Shown piece by piece: positions 23,613 to 33,068 of a stretch of DNA of 64,000 nucleotides (position 1 is the first letter of the stretch; each line of letters opens with the position of its first letter). A program made the position numbers and the translations under genes. The stretch covers positions 1 through 64,000 of IMG/VR virus record IMGVR_UViG_3300026097_000876. One strand, 5' to 3'. A model generated the notes under the pieces. The model searched no databases, was not told the DNA's origin, and saw nothing but the letters and a program-made list of their open reading frames with translations.

Positions 23613-25457
23613 TTACTTATTGTTTTGGTTATGTATTTTTTGCCAAACTGAACTTTCATTTTGTTCACTGTTTTGAACATATCCGTCTGGTTCGATTACT
23701 TGTGTAAGATCGGGCTTAGGACGCACATTCTCAGCCCAAGGTAATTCATCAATGGTTCCTGTAAGGTATGCATGTTTCCAATCTTTAATATTTTGTTCTG
23801 GATTTTCTTTTTTCCATTGGCGTTTTGCATCGACCCAATCTGCATCTCTGTCATAGTCTTCTAATTTTTCAGCTTTTTCTTGTATAGACGTTTTGTTTGA
23901 TTCTTCCGACGATTCTAGTTCTTTTTTTTCGACGGTGGTATAAGTAGAAGCAATTTGTTCTTTTAGTTGATCAACTTCGTTATAATGTAGACCATCGTTA
24001 CCATTTTGACCGATAATGTCCATACGCTCGTCATTTTCTTCGTACCATTGATCTTCTTTGCTTACGGGTGCTTCCTCATTGTAAAAATCATCTACTAGCC
24101 CTTCAGTTTCTTTTTGTGTGGCTTCGTCCCAGTCTTCTATTTCTTTTTGTGTTTGCTGAGGATCTTGGTCTTGTTCCACTGGAACTCCTGCCTCACTTTC
24201 TCTATCCGGTCCATCAGTAGGTCCGTTTGGGTTAGGATCCTCTGGTCCGGGTCCATCATCGTCGGACTCATCTTCTTCCTCGGTGGTAACATAGTCTTTG
24301 CCCTCTCTGCTCCAGTTGAATGTGTATTGACTTGCAATCAATAACAATACAGCCAGTGGATCAAATACCACAATGATAACAATAATAACCCAACGAACTG
24401 CTTCCTCTAGTAAATTCTTGTCGGCTTGATCACCGTAGATAAACTCAGCGATGTATTTGATAGGACCAACTTCTGCTTCCAGTTTGCGATACTCTGCTTC
24501 TAGCGTGAACTTCTCTTCGGTGAGTGTGTCAAGCTCTGTGTTTGCCTGTTTGATTTTGGCTGACTGTTCTGCTATAATAGTGTCAATGTCTTCGCCTGTG
24601 GTTTGTCCTAGTTGTCCTCTCAGTCTTGCGATAAGAGTATTGCTGTCGTCGATTTCACTTTCAGCACGACTGCGTAGTCTAGCAATCTCTTCCTGTGCCG
24701 TGGACTTTAGTTCTTCTACTTTGTTAAAGATATCAGCACGTTCTGCTTCTAGGCTTTCTTTATAAGCCTTTACTGCTCGAGCGGTTCCGCCACCGTATGC
24801 TCCGTCTGGTCTAGCACCTACTAGTGCTTGTAGTCGCTTGACTGCTTCTTCGTTTTCTGTGTTGATGTTTGTGGCAATTGCCAGTTGCTCTAGTCGTTCG
24901 TCAATCTTGGGCAACTGGTCTAGGTAAAACTGTTTGTCTGTTTCAATACGTTCATTAGTTGCGTCAATGGCAGGTTGCACTCGATCGTAGGCGGTATCAA
25001 TGCGTTCTTGTTCGCGATCGATTTGTGCTTGTATGTTTTGATCTGCGCCTGTACCAGATGTCTGTGTCTTTTCAATAGCCTGTTCAGCACGAACAACAAT
25101 TGCCTGTTGTCTAGCAATCTCTGCATCAATCTGTTCTATTTGTGCAACGCCTTCGCCTGCGGCGGCAGTCTGTTCTATATGTGCCTTTGACAGGAAGCCA
25201 AAGATACCCATTGACGTAATGAACATTAGGATAATAACTGCGGCACCTAGATAACTCTTAAGCCACCATGTAGCACGATCCCAATACTTGTGTAGCCATA
25301 CTGCTGTGACTAATTTGCCTACTTCAAGCACACCACCCATGATGATAATGGGAACGGCAGCTGCGGCAAAGATAGCCACAAGTCCTGCTACTGAGTAGTA
25401 AATAGCAACAGCACTGATTGACAGTGCTGTGATAAGTGTTAAGATTCCTAAAAACAA
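23613..25457 (-). CDS. Multi-TM inner-membrane protein with periplasmic coiled coil and peptidoglycan-binding domain
   Basis: Three N-terminal TMs, AVKRLQALVGARPDGAYGGGT PG-binding-like motif, fourth TM, acidic tail. Confidence 0.7.
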   Translation of the reverse strand: MFLGILTLITALSISAVAIYYSVAGLVAIFAAAAVPIIIMGGVLEVGKLVTAVWLHKYWDRATWWLKSYLGAAVIILMFITSMGIFGFLSKAHIEQTAAAGEGVAQIEQIDAEIARQQAIVVRAEQAIEKTQTSGTGADQNIQAQIDREQERIDTAYDRVQPAIDATNERIETDKQFYLDQLPKIDERLEQLAIATNINTENEEAVKRLQALVGARPDGAYGGGTARAVKAYKESLEAERADIFNKVEELKSTAQEEIARLRSRAESEIDDSNTLIARLRGQLGQTTGEDIDTIIAEQSAKIKQANTELDTLTEEKFTLEAEYRKLEAEVGPIKYIAEFIYGDQADKNLLEEAVRWVIIVIIVVFDPLAVLLLIASQYTFNWSREGKDYVTTEEEDESDDDGPGPEDPNPNGPTDGPDRESEAGVPVEQDQDPQQTQKEIEDWDEATQKETEGLVDDFYNEEAPVSKEDQWYEENDERMDIIGQNGNDGLHYNEVDQLKEQIASTYTTVEKKELESSEESNKTSIQEKAEKLEDYDRDADWVDAKRQWKKENPEQNIKDWKHAYLTGTIDELPWAENVRPKPDLTQVIEPDGYVQNSEQNESSVWQKIHNQNNK

Positions 25458-25476
25458 TTTTTTCTCCGCAACATAT

Positions 25477-25917
25477 TTATCTTACAAACCGCCAAGTATT
25501 GTCCACGCTGTTTACACAGGCTGTCTCAGAAAAGTCTCTTTGATTGCCATTGTATACTATTTGGCTCATTAATACTTTGCAGTATCCACTTCCTTGTGGA
25601 TAAGTCATAGCAACTTGTACCGCGCCATGGGCGCCAGTATTTCCGTTGTACCATTTAGTCATTTCGCCCGGAGCAAGGGTGTTTAACGCAAAAAACACAG
25701 CCTGTTCCTGTTGTTTCCTATCGTTTGCATTCATTCTATTAACAGACCACTTTGTGTAGTTTGCTAACAGCCCTAGTGTACTAGAAGGAGACTTATAGTC
25801 TGAGACTGTACTAGCATATGTACTATGGCTGTTATAAGTCATAGTCTTATTGGAAGTGCAACCACTTAAAAGCCCAACACTAATTGTAAGGGTGATTAAT
25901 AACTTCCCAGGTTCCAT
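25477..25917 (-). CDS. Lipoprotein, 17-kDa surface antigen (RT0821/Lpp0805)-like
   Basis: LLSGC lipobox; ALNTLAPGEMTKWYN...YCKVL. Confidence 0.7.
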   Translation of the reverse strand: MEPGKLLITLTISVGLLSGCTSNKTMTYNSHSTYASTVSDYKSPSSTLGLLANYTKWSVNRMNANDRKQQEQAVFFALNTLAPGEMTKWYNGNTGAHGAVQVAMTYPQGSGYCKVLMSQIVYNGNQRDFSETACVNSVDNTWRFVR

Positions 25918-26212
25918 CAAGTTTTTGACAAACGAACCCACGTTGCTTCTGTTTTTTTCCATGATACCATACATCATAATAGTGCTCTCGACACTTTTTA
26001 GCCATACCGCTGAAGGCTAAAAAGTGTTTGTTGTTAGGATTATCTGAACATTCTGTCACGTCTTGACTAGAAATCTCATTACCGTTTTTAGTTTCAATCT
26101 TAGTAGTTTGATAACAATACTGTGGTTGAAACTGTGCCATTACAGGAGTTTGATTATGTGAGGAGCATGCAGTTAAACACGCACATACTCCTAGCAAAGT
26201 TAACACTCGCAT
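25880..26212 (-). CDS. Lipoprotein
   Basis: CLTAC lipobox. Confidence 0.65.
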   Translation of the reverse strand: MRVLTLLGVCACLTACSSHNQTPVMAQFQPQYCYQTTKIETKNGNEISSQDVTECSDNPNNKHFLAFSGMAKKCREHYYDVWYHGKKQKQRGFVCQKLDGTWEVINHPYN

Positions 26213-26213
26213 G

Positions 26214-26729
26214 TCATTGTACCTGTGTAGGTTTTTCTTTTGCTTCAGCTAACAACTGATTAAACACATCTAAAGGCATCTTGATGCGTACATATGTGTG
26301 TACACGGTTTGTAGATGCAAGTTCATATGCGTAACGTTTAACTTCAAGGTGCTCGCGGATTGCTGTGTTGTTTACAGAGTGTTCAACAAATGTTCGTGTC
26401 TCTCGATTTTCGTTGTTACCGTTGCCTGTGATATCAACTACAGTACTAGAGTTGACTTCGCCATTAATACGTTCTGCAAATGCTTTCACAGCAAATGCGT
26501 ATGCTTGTGCTTCGCTTGCTTGTTCAAATCGACTCTCACCCATGCCACATGCGTATGCATAATCTTGTCGATTAAAAAAGATAAAACCTTCTGTTCCGAT
26601 CTGTTCGCAATCTACATACCAATTAGGATGTGCTTTATTATCACGTACTGTAATTTCTTGCATGCTAGAACAGCCTGCGAGGGTTGCAATTGTGGCTCCG
26701 ATAGCCAATGCCTTAAGTGTGCCTTTCAT
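26214..26729 (-). CDS. Lipoprotein (LPP20-like)
   Basis: TLAGC lipobox; own TTGACA/TATACT promoter at ~26763-26791. Confidence 0.65.
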   Translation of the reverse strand: MKGTLKALAIGATIATLAGCSSMQEITVRDNKAHPNWYVDCEQIGTEGFIFFNRQDYAYACGMGESRFEQASEAQAYAFAVKAFAERINGEVNSSTVVDITGNGNNENRETRTFVEHSVNNTAIREHLEVKRYAYELASTNRVHTYVRIKMPLDVFNQLLAEAKEKPTQVQ

Positions 26730-26795
26730 TGTATTGCTCCAGTTGTTTAACAATGTTTATATAGTATAGAATACTTTTATCGTTTTGTCAACCAT

Positions 26796-27287
26796 TTAAT
26801 TCCAGCGATAAAAGATGTGTACGCCAATGCGTCCTACCAGTTGCAAACTGCTGGCCCAACGTGGATTTACATAGTCTGCATGATAGTGTGTAGCACCTTC
26901 GGTGAGTCCACGTCCATTATTATTTTTTAGCATGTTGTATGCGATCATCTGTGCGTTAACCCACGAATCGTCGTCAACTGGCCAATCACTTTTGCCGTCA
27001 CAGTACCATGAGAACTGACAAGCGTTGCGTTTCATACCGCCGTCTGCGTTCTTCTTGCCTTGCTTAACTACCTCGCATACAGTATTAGGGTAACGAGTGT
27101 CTTGCACACGATTGAGCACTACGTCTGCAACAGCAATTTGATCTGCATAATTAGATCCGCGAGCTTCGTAGTAGATGTTCTGCGCTAGGCACCAAGCCAC
27201 AGGTTGTTGTTCTGCTGTGAACAGACCTTTTGCCTGTGCGCTAGACGCAGACACTATCAGCACAAGTGCTGTAATAAACTTTTTCAT
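26796..27287 (-). CDS. SleB-like cell wall hydrolase (Hydrolase_2)
   Basis: CLAQNIYYEARG, VLNRV, CQFSWYCDG, GATHYHA. Confidence 0.9.
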   Translation of the reverse strand: MKKFITALVLIVSASSAQAKGLFTAEQQPVAWCLAQNIYYEARGSNYADQIAVADVVLNRVQDTRYPNTVCEVVKQGKKNADGGMKRNACQFSWYCDGKSDWPVDDDSWVNAQMIAYNMLKNNNGRGLTEGATHYHADYVNPRWASSLQLVGRIGVHIFYRWN

Positions 27288-27306
27288 TAAATTGCCCTCT
27301 ATATAT

Positions 27307-27753
27307 TTAGTTGCGACGCATTTGCGCAATTTCTTTGGCTTGTTCTTTGTTGTCTTCGAAGATTGGAACCATGTTGCTCTTGTGCATTGTGGCTATTCCG
27401 AGGAGTCGTCTTTCTCCTGAGTAGACTTGGGTTTCTCTTTTGGCTGCGACTCCTGGGACTTGATTCGACGTTTCGAGGCTTCGATGCTTCTCTGTGTTGC
27501 GGACATACGATTGGGTTGGCGCATAGGTTTTAAACTCCTTTTCTTCCTTACGCTTTGGTGGGTTGCCTTGTGTATATGCTACGTAATCTTCAAACACATC
27601 GTACTGTAAACTGTGCATATTCTTTTGGCGCATACGTTTGTTGTATTGACGCCATTCAACTCGAAGAGCTTCGAGCTGTTTATTTGTAGGCTTCTTAGCT
27701 TTGCGCTTCTTAGTACTAATTGTAGATAGCCCGCGGGCTAAATGCATAGTCAT
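27307..27753 (-). CDS. Conserved T4-like phage hypothetical protein
   Basis: GIATMHKSNMVPIF C-terminal motif; own promoter at 27788-27816. Confidence 0.7.
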   Translation of the reverse strand: MTMHLARGLSTISTKKRKAKKPTNKQLEALRVEWRQYNKRMRQKNMHSLQYDVFEDYVAYTQGNPPKRKEEKEFKTYAPTQSYVRNTEKHRSLETSNQVPGVAAKRETQVYSGERRLLGIATMHKSNMVPIFEDNKEQAKEIAQMRRN

Positions 27754-27822
27754 AAAAAAACTCCTGCTTGTTTAACTTAATGTAAACACTATAGCAGGAG
27801 TCTAGTAGGTTGTCAAGTATTT

Positions 27823-28029
27823 TTATTCGTCTTTTTTGCTGCCACCGATATAACCAGCAATTACACCAATCATACCAGTAATCGACATCTTCATCAATAC
27901 AATAATTTCACTGTCGATTGGACGATTTTCAGCTAGTGCTATATAATAATCGCCTACAATAATAACTCCGAGCAATATTAGTACACCCGTTGTTATTATT
28001 AAAATTACAGTGTCTTTGAAGTTTCTCAT
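27823..28029 (-). CDS. Small two-TM protein
   Basis: Two hydrophobic helices. Confidence 0.6.
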   Translation of the reverse strand: MRNFKDTVILIITTGVLILLGVIIVGDYYIALAENRPIDSEIIVLMKMSITGMIGVIAGYIGGSKKDE

Positions 28030-28037
28030 AACAGTAT

Positions 28038-28520
28038 TTATTTGTCTGCCATTTTAGCAACTGCGGCATCGTAGTCTTCACGACTTACTACACCTTCAGT
28101 TAGCAAACGCTTGCGGTTTACTTCGTGTGCTGCTTGAGTGTCTTCTTTTGATCCGCCGAAGTATGGAACGCAATGTCCTTCTTCTTCCATGATCTTAGTG
28201 ACTGTTTTCATTTCGCCATTGTATTCTACTTTGAAGTCACCTAGGATACGTCCGAACTTGCCTTTCATGTCTTCGCCGTGTTTGTTTTCTGTGGTGATGA
28301 GCTTTGCTCCGTCTGACATAAGTTCTTTGAGTCTCGCTTTGGCTGCTTCTCCAAAGAGGTCCTCCACTTTGTCTCTAGTTCTGCTCTCTGGAGTGTCAAT
28401 GCCCATAATTCTAACTCGTTCATCTTTTAGTGTTACTCCAAATCCTAGATCAATATCTACGTCTACTGTGTCGCCGTCAACTACTTTAACGACAGTTACG
28501 TCGTATTCATTTGTATTCAT
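28038..28520 (-). CDS. Thermonuclease (SNase-like)
   Basis: KVVDGDTV, RVRIMGIDTPE, KFGRILG. Confidence 0.9.
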   Translation of the reverse strand: MNTNEYDVTVVKVVDGDTVDVDIDLGFGVTLKDERVRIMGIDTPESRTRDKVEDLFGEAAKARLKELMSDGAKLITTENKHGEDMKGKFGRILGDFKVEYNGEMKTVTKIMEEEGHCVPYFGGSKEDTQAAHEVNRKRLLTEGVVSREDYDAAVAKMADK

Positions 28521-28552
28521 ATTAAAGCCCTCTATTAATATGAATATTTATC

Positions 28553-28804
28553 TTAAATATCTGTTCCTTCTTGATACGGACGAACACCGTGTTCTTCGAG
28601 TTTGTCTTCACGGATACACACAGAGTCATGTATCTCCCATCCCGCAGGATAGATGTAGTTCAGTGTTTGAATGATTCTCACAGGATTGTTCTCTGCCCAC
28701 GAAACACACTGTTGTTCTGTTTCGAACACAGGATCATACCATAAGAACCCTTCGTGCATGCCTTGGCTAATCTGTGTGACGAGAATCATCACATACCAAG
28801 GCAT
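28553..28804 (-). CDS. Hypothetical protein
   Basis: ORF in operon with CxxW motif. Confidence 0.55.
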   Translation of the reverse strand: MPWYVMILVTQISQGMHEGFLWYDPVFETEQQCVSWAENNPVRIIQTLNYIYPAGWEIHDSVCIREDKLEEHGVRPYQEGTDI

Positions 28805-28941
28805 TAACCTTGTCCTCTATATGTTTTCTTTTTGGCGTGTTTGCCTTTGTAAGAACTATTGTGTGATTTGCCTATTGACGTTCTTTTTGGTGTCCGTCTT
28901 TCTTGAATAAGATTAGATAATGCTGAAGAGTTTCCTGCCAT
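28804..28941 (-). CDS. 45-aa basic peptide ending KKKTYRGQG (missing from ORF track)
   Basis: AGGAG RBS; KRTSIG...YRGQG motif seen in T4-like phage small proteins. Confidence 0.6.
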   Translation of the reverse strand: MAGNSSALSNLIQERRTPKRTSIGKSHNSSYKGKHAKKKTYRGQG

Positions 28942-28994
28942 GTGATGCTCCTTTAAGTGCGTACTTTTTATTTATCTTATTCAATATTTATAGC

Positions 28995-29576
28995 TCAATC
29001 CCATAAATTTTCGTAGTATTTTCCAAAAAGTCTAAAACCGTTTGATATGCGTTCTTGTTCTGCGTTCATTGCGTCTCTTTCTTCGACATCAAAACGCATG
29101 TACACATCGTCTTTGTTTGCCTTACAATCAAATGCATAAATCATTTCGTCCAACACCCAATCCCAGCGTTCAAAGAACTTAGGATCTGTGTCACCAGTTT
29201 TAGTATATTCTAATAATTCTTTTTTAGATGGCCATAGTTTTTTAGGAACATCTTCTAGATCCACTTGCGGTGCTCCGTGTTTAGTTTTCTTTAGTTGTTT
29301 AAGCATGGGCAAGATAATTGGAGCAAGAGTATGATCCATACTCCAAGTGTCCCACGGATCGATGTGTATCCTTTGCTTTTGTCCTGTGCGTCTATCAAAC
29401 CACAGCCAGTTGAACACATTGTAAAAGTCTTGCACACGATCTTCTAGCCATTCAAGACTGTGTTCGAATCGTGTTTGTTCGTCAGGCCAGCTTATGCAGC
29501 CATGCTTACTATCCATATAACGTGTATGTACTCTACACATCAATCTGTTTCTGTAGTTTGATATTTTAATCTTCAT
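28995..29576 (-). CDS. Conserved phage hypothetical protein
   Basis: IHIDPWDTWSMDHTLAPIILPMLKQLK motif. Confidence 0.7.
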   Translation of the reverse strand: MKIKISNYRNRLMCRVHTRYMDSKHGCISWPDEQTRFEHSLEWLEDRVQDFYNVFNWLWFDRRTGQKQRIHIDPWDTWSMDHTLAPIILPMLKQLKKTKHGAPQVDLEDVPKKLWPSKKELLEYTKTGDTDPKFFERWDWVLDEMIYAFDCKANKDDVYMRFDVEERDAMNAEQERISNGFRLFGKYYENLWD

Positions 29577-30557
29577 AATAATCTACCACCATTACATTTT
29601 CAGGCTTGTCAGGATGTTGAAACGTTTGTGCAAACGTCATTGCTTCTTGTGCATCATTGAAAGTCTGTACTTTAAGATTCCACATATCACACTTGTCTGT
29701 GTTTTCTGTAACATAAATCCAATCGTCTTTGCCATCTAGACAAACCATTACAGCATATTTCATGTGTTATCTCCTTCTCTATCTAATGTTTCACAAAAAA
29801 TTCTAGGAAAGTTACCCCAATGACGTTCGGTAATCTCTTCGCCAATATAGGTATCTTTTTCTATGCATACCCATCCCAGATTGTTTAGTTTTTTTTCAAT
29901 TATAGGATGAACATATCCTTCGTAGCCCGAGCAATACCAGTCAATATAATCTCCTTCATTACGTAGATCTGCAATAATACTGCCTACAGCTCTCCAAGTA
30001 GCACTCCACGTTTCATTTTTGAGAACGTTTATTATATCGATAGGTTGCCATACTGTATTACATAATGCTGAATACAACTTATGTGCATACTCAGGATTCT
30101 TTACTTGTTCTAGTATTTCAGCATCACTTTTTATGTCTTGATACAAATCGCGATCATTCATCCTTTAAACCAGCAATAAGTCGTTCAGCGTCTGGATATC
30201 TTTCCATATGTTTTAACGCAACTTCGATAGCCTCTAACATATCTGGACTATCGTAAACTGTTTGTTTTGGATGCAATCCCCAACTGTATGTAGGATAGTC
30301 TGTGCATGACCATTTACGTTTATTATTGTCCCATTGCCAATTTGCTTTACTCATTTAATAAACCTCAGTGTACAATCATCCATAATAGGTTGTATTTGTT
30401 GTACTGTTTTTATTTTAGTCCATGTATCAAACTCAGTTTTATATTTTTCAAAAAAATTAAATAATAATCTTTTTGCTACTTCAAACTGTTGATAGTTTTC
30501 ACAACTTTTAAAAACAGTTTTTACTTTTTCAAAATCGTGTAACATTGATGCATTCAT
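29566..30557 (-). CDS. Four small overlapping hypothetical ORFs (29566-29763, 29760-30161, 30154-30354, 30351-30557)
   Basis: Overlapping start/stop junctions downstream of a TTGACT/TACAAT promoter at ~30592-30620. Confidence 0.6.
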
Positions 30558-30626
30558 GATAATTAATCACCATACTTTAATGTACTTATATTGTAATGTC
30601 TAAAATTTAGAAAGTCAACTAGTGTT

Positions 30627-30842
30627 TTAAGGAGTGTGTATGACAGAGATATTAGTTGCTACTGGTTTTCCGTTATGGTCTTCAATAGTATACTCTACAG
30701 TCATACCTTCAATTACTTTTTTGATTCCGTTTTTTCGAAATTCTGAAATATGTACAAATAGGTCCGGTTGATCATTTTCTCTAGATATAAATCCATAACC
30801 TTTTACATGATTATAAAATTTTACGTTGCCCTGATATGTCAT
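30627..30842 (-). CDS. cspA: Cold-shock domain protein
   Basis: GNVKFYNHVKGYGFI, LFVHISEF. Confidence 0.9.
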   Translation of the reverse strand: MTYQGNVKFYNHVKGYGFISRENDQPDLFVHISEFRKNGIKKVIEGMTVEYTIEDHNGKPVATNISVIHTP

Positions 30843-30893
30843 ACTCTTGTCCTAAAAAAACTGCAGAGTATTTAAACTCTGCAGTATTATTTA

Positions 30894-31070
30894 TTACATA
30901 TTGTTTTTCTTGTCTTGAATTTCAGCTCGGCGTGCCTTGCCTAGCTTACCAATTTCACCAAGTGCTTTACGAGCTCGAGCTGCTGATGCCTTTACTCCTT
31001 TTGATTCAAACGCTTCGTGCTCTTTTAGATATGTTTCGTATTGTGCAATAATTTCTTCATGTAGTGTCAT
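30894..31070 (-). CDS. 58-aa histone-H1/Hc1-like small protein (missing from ORF track)
   Basis: AAGG RBS; KGVKASAARARKALGEIGKLGKARRAEIQ. Confidence 0.65.
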   Translation of the reverse strand: MTLHEEIIAQYETYLKEHEAFESKGVKASAARARKALGEIGKLGKARRAEIQDKKNNM

Positions 31071-31085
31071 TGTTTTTTTTCCTTG

Positions 31086-31358
31086 TTATGGTCCTACAAA
31101 GACCGTGTTTAATCCTGCGGCTCTAGGATGTCCGCAAGAGTCTGCATCACCTTTACTGTTTATCGGTATACCTTCAGCATAAACTGTTGTATCACCATTT
31201 GCTGTAACAGGCGATGCATGTTCGCCTACACCGTGTCCTGCTACCGGACTTCCGTCTACCGCAACTAATTCTCCTCCAGCGTAAACTGTTGATTGTAGAG
31301 AGCTAGTAACTGGAGCGTCGGCTGTGTTCGGATCTGTAACACGATGTATTTCTGTCAT
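31086..31358 (-). CDS. PAAR-like spike tip protein (gp5.4-like)
   Basis: GSPVAGH...H...TVYAEGIP...GDADSCGH. Confidence 0.8.
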   Translation of the reverse strand: MTEIHRVTDPNTADAPVTSSLQSTVYAGGELVAVDGSPVAGHGVGEHASPVTANGDTTVYAEGIPINSKGDADSCGHPRAAGLNTVFVGP

Positions 31359-31645
31359 TACAGTGCTATTCCGCTTGTTTGTGATGTGTATTGCTTACTA
31401 ATTTCATTTTCAGTTTTAGCAACACAACTCACTGCGTGTGATTGAAGTACAAATTTGGCTTCTGGAGATACCCCAAACATAAATGGTGCTAGTCCTAATC
31501 CTTGCTGTTGCGCAATTAGTACCATTGGTTTATGTAATGTATAGCCTTTAGCATCTTCTGCATCTAATCTTCCGATTAGTTCTTCTCCTGAGTTTAATTT
31601 AAAGCTAACGTTGTCGCCAACTTTATATGGTGCTTCTATTAACAT
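31358..31645 (-). CDS. Small beta-rich (Sm-like) hypothetical protein
   Basis: VSFKLNSGEELIGRL...LHKPMVL. Confidence 0.55.
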   Translation of the reverse strand: MLIEAPYKVGDNVSFKLNSGEELIGRLDAEDAKGYTLHKPMVLIAQQQGLGLAPFMFGVSPEAKFVLQSHAVSCVAKTENEISKQYTSQTSGIAL

Positions 31646-31917
31646 TATAATGTGTGTCCTGTTCCGTTGTATCCTGTTTCTTCTAAATATGCTGTCAGCT
31701 GATCATAGCCTCCAATATATGTACCTTGTAAGAAAATTTGAGGAGCCGTTCTAGGCTGTGGTAGCCCTTTTGCTTCAAATAAATCAAACAATTCTTGTGG
31801 TTGAATGTCTTCACCAAGTTCTTTAACTACATAAGTCAATTCGCGATCGTCTAATAGTTTTTTTGCTTTTACACAATTAGGACACGAAGGCTTACTGTAT
31901 ACAATATTCTCACTCAT
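31645..31917 (-). CDS. Glutaredoxin
   Basis: CPNC active site; TAPQIF; YIGGY. Confidence 0.9.
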   Translation of the reverse strand: MSENIVYSKPSCPNCVKAKKLLDDRELTYVVKELGEDIQPQELFDLFEAKGLPQPRTAPQIFLQGTYIGGYDQLTAYLEETGYNGTGHTL

Positions 31918-33017
31918 AGTGAGAATCCCTTCAAACTGTTTTCGTCTACATCCTGTTTAATACCGCCAATGATATATGATTCAACTTCTGTTTCTTGAGG
32001 AGCAACCTGCAAGCCTGAACTCGACAACCAGTGCTGTGTCCACGGTAGCGGATTAGTGTTGATTGGACGATCGTAAATAGTGTTGTATCCTAGCGCCTTG
32101 AGTCGTTTGTTAGCAATAAATTCTACGTAATGATGCAAAAGTTCTTCATTAAGTCCGATAATCGCACCATCTTTGAATAGATAGTTAGCCCAAGATTTTT
32201 CTTCGTTGACACAAGTCTTCCACATTTCGTATACTTCGTCTTCGCATTCTTTGGCAATCTCGGCCATTTCTGCATCGTCTTTGTTCTTAATCCAATTTTT
32301 AAGAATTTGTGTACTTAGGTTCAAGTGTGTTGCTTCGTCACGGGCAATAAGGCTAATAATCTTAGCAGACCCTTCCATCATCTTAGATTCGGCAAAAGAA
32401 AACGTACAAGCAAAACTAACATAAAATCTTAGTCCTTCTAAGATATTAACATTCATCATTGCAAGGAATAATTTTTTCTTTACGTCTCTTAAACTACCTT
32501 CTTTCCTATGGAACCAACCGTCAGCTGCCTGCGTAAATGCATCGTAATTTTTAGTTACACTTACCGCACGTTCAATAATCTTTTCATCGTCTAGGATAGT
32601 ATCGAATACTTCTGCAGGGTCAGCATACACGTTCTTCATAATGTGTGTGTAGCTGCGTGAGTGAATTGTTTCAAAGAAGTCCCAAGTAACAATACAGCCT
32701 TCTAACTCAGGTAAACTTACATAAGGAAGGAACGCTAAACTAGGGCCGCGACCTTGTACTGAGTCTAACAGTGTTTGATACTTTAGGTTAGCGGTAAAGA
32801 TATGCTTCTGCTCTGGACGGAAGTTGGCAAAATCTGATCGATCCTTTTGCAGACTTACTTCTTCCGGGCGCCAAAAATAGCCCAGCATAGTTTGATTAAG
32901 TTTATCAAACTCCGGAAATTTAAACGTGTCATAACGCTGTGTATTTTGATCTGCTCCGAAGAACATGTTCTGTTTAGTAAAGTCTACTTTATCTTGATTG
33001 AATACGGTTTTTGCCAT
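31914..33017 (-). CDS. nrdB: Ribonucleotide reductase class Ia beta subunit
   Basis: FWRPEEV, ETIHSRSY, LEGLRFYVSF, RDEATH; internal TTGACA/TATAAT promoter at ~33039-33067. Confidence 0.97.
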   Translation of the reverse strand: MAKTVFNQDKVDFTKQNMFFGADQNTQRYDTFKFPEFDKLNQTMLGYFWRPEEVSLQKDRSDFANFRPEQKHIFTANLKYQTLLDSVQGRGPSLAFLPYVSLPELEGCIVTWDFFETIHSRSYTHIMKNVYADPAEVFDTILDDEKIIERAVSVTKNYDAFTQAADGWFHRKEGSLRDVKKKLFLAMMNVNILEGLRFYVSFACTFSFAESKMMEGSAKIISLIARDEATHLNLSTQILKNWIKNKDDAEMAEIAKECEDEVYEMWKTCVNEEKSWANYLFKDGAIIGLNEELLHHYVEFIANKRLKALGYNTIYDRPINTNPLPWTQHWLSSSGLQVAPQETEVESYIIGGIKQDVDENSLKGFSL

Positions 33018-33068
33018 TATATTTTCCTTATGTCCTATATTATATCTTACTTTGTATTATTTGTCAAG

